Shown piece by piece: positions 55,698 through 64,000 of a stretch of 64,000 nt of DNA (the stretch's first letter is position 1; each line of letters starts with the position of its first letter). The notes below the pieces were generated by a model. The model had not been told where the DNA came from, ran no database searches, and saw only the letters and a list, made by a program, of their open reading frames with translations. Location: assembly GCA_016748015.1 (NCBI GenBank), contig JAAOMT010000602.1, forward strand, positions 1,067,696 to 1,131,695. Reading direction: 5' to 3'. Position numbers and translations under genes: made by a program. The stretch comes from Geosiphon pyriformis uo1. Taxonomy: Eukaryota; Fungi; Glomeromycota.

Positions 55698-58600
55698 AGT
55701 AGCCAAGCTACTATACAACATATTCTTAATGTTGCAAGTGAATTTTTTTGGTTTAATAAGATTTTTATCAACAATAACAAGACTGTGGCCATTCCTATCA
55801 ACTGTTAGGTCAAGGACTCTCATCTAACTATCAGTGACTTGCTCATTTCTGTTGCCAAAAAAGGAGAGTTATACCACTATCTGGGTATCTTTTTGTTTTT
55901 TGAGGGTTTATTAAAACCTAGCATGGTTAAGGCTCATTCAGATATTCGATTTTTTGTCAATTTTGTTTTAAGGAAGGCAATTTCAGATAAACAGTTTGCA
56001 TATTTGGTGTCTGCTGTTCTCATCTAATCATAAATTACAGGACTTAATTCAGTTTTATTTCTATTGATGTGTGTAATAAATGGGATGCTCTTATTTGCAG
56101 GAGCTTAAAGTCTAAGTTTGGTTTTCTGCTTAATTTTTCCAATGACATAATCCATTATTTTTCTTTGTATGGTTTGAAAACATTTAAACAAATTCAAGCT
56201 GAAAGCAAATCAGCCTTAGTTGTTTTTTTTGCAAATTTGGTTGGTATTTTAAACAAGTTATTTTCCTATAGGTCACATGATCTTCAGGTTTTCAGCTGGC
56301 ATCCACTTTATCCTTTACAGTTTCTGGCTTATGTCAGTATCAACTTTTCAAATAACTTTCTGGCAGGTATAGTGCGCATATTTTCTGAGTATGATTTGTT
56401 TTTGGGCAACTCTCTGACCAGTGCTTTTCATCTTCAGGATGAGACTCCTATGTCTTTTGTCCTTGGTGAGTCAACTTATCTTAAGTGTGTCTTTTCACTT
56501 TGATGTATGGTATTGCTTTTATGGACCAGTTGTATGATCAGAGTAGTGCTGTTTTTGAATAGAAGACTTTTAAGTAATAAAAGCAGTTGGACTCCCATGG
56601 TCCTGTTCCTATTTAGTTTGAACTTTCTGTTCAATTTCTTGGTTGTGTTACTGTTCTTTCTATTAGTTCTCTTCTTTTGGATAGTCATGGTTCTTTAGAT
56701 ATTTTGCAGTCTCATAAGTTTGATATCATCAGAAACAATTTGCTACATGCTAATGCAGATTGTCTTTTAGTCTATATGAATAGATCTTTGTGTGACTTAG
56801 AAACTTTTGGTATAAAGGCTAGTGTGGCTGTTTTTTTTGAGAATGTTAATTTGGGTTTGGGTGTGTGGGTTTTTGGTCTGTTATCTTTCACCATAGCAAA
56901 ACTACAAGCTATTGCTTTGGCTCTTGAGTGTGTTTCCCCTTCTCATTTTGTAGATCTGTTTACAAACAGTCAGGCTGCCTTGGATGTATATAGATCAAAT
57001 TTAAAGTTTATTTGTCTGGATTTCAAGAATCAGTGTTGAATTGAATATTACCATATTGTAGGCACTATTTGTTACAAAAATTTAGATGTCAGTTAGCATA
57101 AAGTTAGGGGTTACTTTGGCATTTTTGGCAATAAGCATGCTAATATATTAGCCAAAGCAGCTGTTGTCTCCAATTGGCACCTATTTTATTTAATTAGTAA
57201 AAATTATCTTAAAACTGGTGATGTTGCTGTTTCTGATAATTTTAGATATTTTATTTGAGAGATTTTTTGGTCTGTTAATCATACATGTTAGAAAACTGGT
57301 TCTGATTCTTGAATGGTAGCAAATAGTATGTGTATGAAAATTAATTGGTTCAAATTGTCTTTGGTGTGGCATTCTGATTCTTACTTGGTGGCTGATTTCA
57401 CTAGTAAATGGACTGCTGGTTCTTAAATGTATTTTATAAAAGCTTTCTATCATTGGCTTTCTGTTGCTGTACATAAGCAATTATATAATAAGTGTTATTT
57501 CAGTGTGGTTTGCTTGTTCTGTGGTGATGTTGAAGTATCCAATCATGTCTTTTCCTGTTTGTTTGAAGCTGTTAATTGTGCTTGGTTGTTAAATACTTAT
57601 GTGTCTGTTTGGGGTGTGTGCTCTAGTTTACCTCATTATTACTCATAGAATATAGAAGATATATTAGCATATAAATTAGCCAATCAGAAATAGCCATAGT
57701 AAATGTTGAATTCCAGAATTCCTCTTAAAAGAATTGCAGGATTCCAGGAATTTCAGAATTCTTGTACAAAGAATCACAGGATTCCAGAATTTCAAGATTT
57801 CTCTTAAAGAAATTGCAAAATTCCAGAAATTACAGGATTCCTGGTGTGAAAAATTGAAGAATTGAGGAATCTCAATTATGTATATATATCAGTAGTATTA
57901 GAAGAAGAAAAAACAGATCTCTCAATTTAGATTTGATCTAAGCAACCTTCTATTTACAAATATCAATAAATAATTATTCACTATTTCAATCCACTTACTA
58001 CTATTAACATTTTATGTTGATAATAATTGATACTTAACCACATGGGAACAATAGCTCTTGATTATGACTATTGACAAGATACTAACATGCAAATTGCTTT
58101 GGCTTATTTTTCTAATTTTTTTTATTTTCTTTTTTTGCTTTATTTTCTTTGTTGTTTGTTAAAATTGATTAAAGAAATTTACACACAAAGATACTAACAT
58201 CAGGATATAGCACTAGTAAAAGACCTAGGAATAAGAGTAGACACTTGGAATTGAAAATATCCTACCAAGAGGATTACCAGCCATTATACTAAGAAAAAAA
58301 TTGATGAAACTGCAGTTTTGGAAAGCTATAGATAAAATTATAAATTGAATCTTTGTCCATTATACAAAAGACTCAACCAAAAACCTTCAGAAACCACACT
58401 TTCAGAAACCACACCTTCAGAAATTACCAATATCAACCATCAATATTTACTTAGTACCAAGTTATAAATTTGTTATTTGATTTGAGATCCCAAATAATTA
58501 TCTGTAATATTGTTCTTCTTTTTGTGTTTTGCAGTTATTGTCCACTTGTGTTTCCAATGTTGTAGTTAGCATAGCACTGTTCAAGAGTTTTGTTTTTAAT

Positions 58601-59065
58601 AATTGGTTTCATGAGTCTGTTTCAGTTTTCAAAGATTTTAAAATTGCAGGTCATCATATTGTGGATTTTGTGTGCAGATTCTGTCTTGTGTTTTAAGAGA
58701 ATATCTGGTTGGTGTGTGCCAAGCACTGTGCTTTTATGGAAAAGAATGGTTTAATTCTACATGATGGTTTTATTCCTGTTCTGGTATTGGGTTTTCTTTT
58801 AATGCTTTCAGCCAGCATGATTAAATTACTGAGTGTAGCTAAAGCAGTAAGTGTAAATTTCGAATTTCATAAATTTTGTTTGTTTTTCTTAGGTATAGGG
58901 GATGCAGTCTCTGTTCATATAAGTGTCTAATATTGTTTTGATTAGCCTAAATGACTGGTCATATGTAGAAAATACATGATTTACACCTAGTTTAAATTAT
59001 TTGTATAATGTATTGCACTAAGCAGTATTTGGATTTCACTTATTAAACATTTAAAAAAAAAAAAA
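55698..59065 (+). mobile_element. 5'-truncated LINE with poly(A) tail, interrupted by a solo LTR
   Basis: ORF2 remnants homologous to 52340-54687; poly(A) from 59053; candidate TSD AAACTTTTT at 55689-55697 and 59066-59074. Confidence 0.9.
57637..58509 (+). mobile_element. Solo LTR, family A
   Basis: Aligns with 24496-25386. Flanks TCAT (57633-57636) and TTGT (58510-58513) are both derivable from TCGT. The LINE sequence resumes afterwards. Confidence 0.9.
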
Positions 59066-60505
59066 AAACTTTTTTATTTTTAATAACATAGATCTAATAT
59101 TAAACTAATAACTTAATAAACAATTGAAATTAGCATTTAATTCTAATTATAAAGCTTTAATAATTTTTAAAACCAAAGTTTTCAATTTGTAAAATTAAAA
59201 TAAAGTCTTGGTAAAAATACTATTATAATTTTTATATCAAAATTTAGAAAACATTTTATTAGTTAAAAAACCAATCATCTTTTAAATAATGTTTTATAAT
59301 ATATTTATATTTAAAAACTTTTTTAAAAAAACAAACTTATTAATAAATATAGCAATAGTAATAAGTATAATAATTTTAAATCAATATTATTTAAAATTAT
59401 TAATATTCTTAAAATTAAATTTTTAATGATTTTTGTTAGTTTGCTTATAATAAAAACTTAATTATATATTTAATAAATTTCTAAACTTATTAAAATAAAA
59501 ACAGTTTAATAATTAATATTATAATTAGCAATATTTAAAATATTTTATTTAATTACTGTATTAATAAGATTGGCAGAAATAAACAAATAATTAATTGTCT
59601 TTTTAGTGTCTTTGGAATTTTTTTATATAAATATTTTAATAATTGAACTTTTTAATAATAAATTAACCAAATTTAAGCTAACATATCTTTTGAAATTAAT
59701 AGATTTATGTAAATTTTTTTTTAAAATTATAAAAAAAATTATTAATAGCTTTAGTAACTATAAAGTTACTTTTTTTAACTTAAACCAAATATACTACTAA
59801 AATAATATTAGTATATAGCAAAATCAAAATCAAAAACTTGTTTTTAAAAATCAATTTAATTAAAAACAACCAATTAACTATTTTAAAAACTTTATACATA
59901 TGTTTAGCTAAACAATTATCTATAATAATTATTATATCAGAGTTTAAATAATCAAAATTTAAATTAAAAATATAAATTTAAATATTATTAAATTTATTTA
60001 TAATTTAAAAACATATTTTGTTTTTTAATTTTGTCTTAATAATAATAAAAACCAAATTGCTCTTATTTTTATATTATCTAATAATGTTTTTCTGCTTTGT
60101 AAAATTATTTATCTTTTAAATATTATATGTAACAATTTTTAAATATAATTAATTATTAAAAAAATAAAAAAAATAAATATTAAAAAACAAATTAAAACTA
60201 TTAATTTTTGTTATTAAAATCATAACTAAATTTAACAGCTTTTTTATTTGTTGTTTTAATTTTATAATATTTAATAGTATTATAGAATTAAAAACAAAAA
60301 CAATTATAATTTTATTATAAGTAATTATATTTAAATTTTTTTCTATTATTAATGAATATATTAAATATTATTTTGTAATTTAATATTATAAATTAAATAT
60401 AATTTAAAAGTTTGAATAAATTTAATATTAATAATTTTTATAATTAATTTATTTTGGTGTTTTTTTTTTAATAAATATATTAAGACTTTTTGTCTCCTTA
60501 ATTTT

Positions 60506-61314
60506 ATGATCACAACCAAAACAAAGAGTAAAAAAACTATACCTATCTTTCTTGAAATATCGAATAAAATTTCAATCAGAAAAGCTTTCTCTGTTGTAGA
60601 AGCAACTAGGCAAAATGTTTTAGAAGCCTTTTTATTATTCAGTAATCATAAAAAACTGCCTTTAATAACTATTGAAGCAATTTTTTTATCTTTGACTGGT
60701 TTTTTACCAGTCAAAGTTTTCATAAAGAAACACATATGAATTAGTCTTAGTGTTGCCTTTACTCCTTTAAAAAGCCCAAAAATTTTTAATAACAGACTAG
60801 TTAACAAGCTGGTTTTCTCTTTTATAGCTTCAATACCAGATGTTGCCAGCATTTTTTCTTTAAAAAAAATGATCAAAAAGACCAAAAGTTCAAAAAAGTA
60901 AAGGCAATTGCTTGTCTCTGCTATTGTTACACTAAATCTCTTTGTGATTCCAGCTGAGATTTTAGATAAAATCTCTACTGTTTTATCTGGCATATTATCT
61001 AAGATAGGCTAAGATCAACTACTGGCTGTATTGTTAAATATAGCATTTTCTGGCAGATTATCACCAGTTTTAGAAACAAAACAACCATCTTCTATTGGAT
61101 TACTTGTTCTTAAAAACTGAATTGATTAGATAGAAACTGAATTATTTTCTTTTCTGGTTTTTAATACTGTCACTAATAGTGTTTAGAAAACTATTGCTAA
61201 TCATCAAAGGTTTACTGAATGGGTAGCCTTTACTTTAGTGTCTGGTGCTACTTTCAATATTAAATTGGCTTATATTAAAACTGTTTTTTAGTCTGTACAT
61301 GATTTTCTAAGTGC
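60506..61314 (+). mobile_element. 5' part of an ORF1-like repeat (best-preserved relative of the ghost repeats), interrupted by an LTR
   Basis: Decayed ORF beginning MITTKTKSKK; 61155-61280 is the reverse complement of the ghost tracts at ~7380-7470. Assignment to LINE ORF1 is an inference. Confidence 0.55.
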
Positions 61315-61744
61315 TGTTACTTATAGAATATAGAAATTATATATTAGTACATAAATTAGTTAATCAAAATAGACATAGTAAAAATAAAATTCCAGGATTT
61401 TTTTTAAAGAAATTGCAGAATTCTCATATAAAGAATTACAGAATTCCAGGAATTCCAAAATTCCTAATTAGAAAATTAAAAAATTAAAAAAATCTTGTAT
61501 AATAAAATTTATGTATATATAATAGTAGTATTAGAAGCAGAAAAAACAGAATCCTTAGTTTAAAACATTTAGTTCTAATTCCATATTCCTCTCTTCATAT
61601 AATAGTATTCTATGACTTGAAATAGAAATATCAACTATCAATAAAAATATTTATTACTATTACAATCTATCTTTTTGCCATTAATAATTTATGTTAATAG
61701 TTGCTAATACTTAATTATACTGAACCAATAGCTTTTAATTATGG
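61315..61744 (+). mobile_element. Family A LTR, 5' part, interrupted by a family B element
   Basis: TGTTACTTATAGAATATAG start and GGATTCC array. Alignment with family A LTRs stops at 61744. Confidence 0.85.
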
Positions 61745-64000
61745 TGTTACCGGAGGTTTTTAGTCTCTTTTCTTGAATGTTGTAACTATCTGTTGGTTGC
61801 AAATTCACGTTTTCTAGAAGTAGTTGAACCTCCAATAACTGAATTTATCTTCAAATTATCTCTTATAATTTGAACTGCTGGGTTTATAAGTGGAATGGCC
61901 AATTCCTTACCAGTTACTTTATGTAGTTACGTTGTAGTAAATGTCAACTCTTTCCCAGGAATTGCTCGTCTGGAAGCTCACTAAAAATGTGTAGTTACTT
62001 TGCTGTGAAAGTCAACTCTTCTACAGAAATCTTGTCTGTAGGCTACCCTAATGATTGTAATAAGAAAATAAAAGAAAAATAAAAGAAATGTAAAAGAAAT
62101 AGAATTCTGTCAAGGGAAACGTTTTCTATCCAGGCCTGGAGTCACTAACAGTTTTACTGAAATTGGTAGCTAATCAATTTCGAAATGTTAGTTGGGTTTT
62201 GGGGATTTTCCAAGTACAATAATTAAAGAATTTGGTTTTTCGAATTATTTAATATTTATTTCTTTTTGTGTATAGAAACGGTTTTAAAAGATAAATCTAA
62301 AGTAAGATACATTTTCCAGAAGAGAAAAGCTCTTCTTTTATACAACTTGTTATAGTACTAGTCTATGAACTTGCACTTTTTCTCTTTGCTCAAATTTCAG
62401 CGAACTAAAGATACATTTTGATGAATTACAAGTTATTTCACTGAACTATTGATTAATTTGGGTGAACTATTCATAATTTCGGCGAATTTCTGTAAATTTC
62501 GGCGAATTTCTTATAAATTTCGGCGAATTTTTGAATGTTACAAAGTTCAGGGTATTGTGTAATTTGATCATTCTACTTTCTGTTATACTAATTAGATTAT
62601 TTTAATTGAATCGTGATATGTGATAATTGATTAAATAATAAATGATAATTTGAAATGATATTAATATACTAATGAATTATAGGAATTATAAGGGTAATTT
62701 CATGCTAATTAATAGCTAAAATTCTACTGGTAACATAATCTCCTCCTCAAGACTGAGCTCCGTCAAAGTCCAAGCACTATCTGTAATATTGAGATAGTAA
62801 TCTAAAATAATTGAAGTTATCTGGTCTGAAAATTGTTGAAATTTCAGTTCTGTGAGTTTGCTAATGTATTGGACTTTCATTGGTTGCAGTATTGGATTTT
62901 GTAGAATATTTTCACAAGTATTAAACAAGTCATAGAGTCTAAGAGCTGCTCTAAGTTTGTAGCGAATGTTTGTTGGTCCAGCTGTTGTTTTGAATTCATT
63001 GTGGATTTGTTTTTGTATAACTTCAGGAGTGAGATTTGTTGCTTCAAGTTCCAGTTTTCGTTCATAAAGTGTTTTTCCAATTTGAAAGTATTTATAGATA
63101 GAAATGTGTTCATTGTTCTGTTCATTAAGAAGTAGTAGAAGTTTTTGTTGCATTGTAGCATTTGGTGGAATGTCAATAAGGGCAATTAAAAAATTTTCTT
63201 CTAGTGCCTGCTTCAAAAGTCTTGGTAATCTATTCTCAGAGTGACTTCTTGTTTTTCTTCTATAGGGGTGATAGTTCTGTAAATGATTTGCTATTGGGGC
63301 TGTGGTTTCTTTCTGAATGTAATTAATTTGACTTCCATTAATCGTTATAGATAAGTCAGGGAGTGTTTTCAAGGCTAACATTAATTTTTGGGATATTTGT
63401 TGAATATTTTGGGGAATAATCATGATAAAATTGACTAATTATGAAAAGAGAGAATAAAGAAAATTATTTTTGGATATGGGGTTTTTATTTGTTTTTGGGT
63501 TTGGGTGTTTTGTAATTATTTACTATTTTTGTCTTTGTGTTTTTATTAGAAAATTATTGTAAAATTTAAGTGTTCAAGTTTGGTTGTTGTTCTATTATAA
63601 TTATTGGTTCTAAATTTTGGGGAATATCTTCAGGATTAATTAAAGGGGAATGTATACCAATTTGTGGAATTAATGGTTCAGGATTGTTTCTGGAATGATA
63701 GTGTTTCAATCTGTCTCCATGTGCAACTTTTGCTAATATTTTGTTATCAAGTCTTAACTTATATGATCCATTATCTAGAATTTCGTGAATATAAAATAGT
63801 CCATCCTATTTGTTTTCAAATTTCCCACTCCATTGTTTTTCAGCCTTAGTTCTATGTAAGAGAACTTTATTTCCAACTTTAAATTTGTTGGTAATAGGTA
63901 GTAATTTGTTGTCATGTCTTTTTTTTTGTTGAGCTTGAAAATGTTCAATATGAGTTGCTGCTATTCTTTTTTTTCCTTCCAGTGTACTAAGAAGAGTGTA
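61745..64000 (-). mobile_element. Gypsy family B element, 3' part: integrase C-terminus (63566-64000), ORF3, PPT (62739-62748), 3' LTR (61745-62735)
   Basis: FKVGNKVLLHRTKAEKQWSGKF...HGDRLK matches the family A integrase tail. GAGGAGGAGA lies 3 nt before the LTR start TGTTACC. Retains many CpGs, so relatively young. Confidence 0.92.
62716..63423 (-). CDS. Intact 235-aa ORF3 of Gypsy family B, unknown function
   Basis: Open ATG-to-stop frame between pol and the 3' LTR, reading through the PPT into the LTR. Homologous to 23822-24481. No obvious signal peptide or transmembrane segment. Confidence 0.85.
   Translation of the reverse strand: MIIPQNIQQISQKLMLALKTLPDLSITINGSQINYIQKETTAPIANHLQNYHPYRRKTRSHSENRLPRLLKQALEENFLIALIDIPPNATMQQKLLLLLNEQNNEHISIYKYFQIGKTLYERKLELEATNLTPEVIQKQIHNEFKTTAGPTNIRYKLRAALRLYDLFNTCENILQNPILQPMKVQYISKLTELKFQQFSDQITSIILDYYLNITDSAWTLTELSLEEEIMLPVEF

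Noticed and set aside
62716-63423. ORF3 as an env gene
   Set aside because: No evident signal peptide or transmembrane helix, and it is short.

Overview
Eukaryotic, very probably fungal, genomic DNA. The intron-rich AT-rich genes and the repeat families look like an early-diverging fungus such as a Glomeromycotina species; this is an inference. A CpG-retaining gene island (~31-43.2 kb) holds three spliced genes: a PKA regulatory subunit, a type II PI 4-kinase (LSB6-like) and the AP-1 sigma subunit. Both flanks are nested, C-to-T/G-to-A-eroded retroelements: RNase H-bearing LINEs (one full-length), a full-length Ty3/Gypsy element, solo and partial LTRs of three related families, and near-pure AT 'ghost' copies. 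The most notable candidate system is the Gypsy group. (i) It makes 4-bp target duplications that reconstruct to CpG-centred sites (NCGN). (ii) It carries a non-env third ORF after integrase that is conserved between two diverged families. (iii) It has Cys-rich modules plus a dUTPase between protease and RT. (iv) Its Gag reading frame appears to begin inside the LTR. Also notable: an ApC-sparing, multi-context C-to-T hypermutation signature, and a PKA-R subunit with a 5-residue deletion in its second cAMP-binding cassette. All alignments and counts were done by eye.
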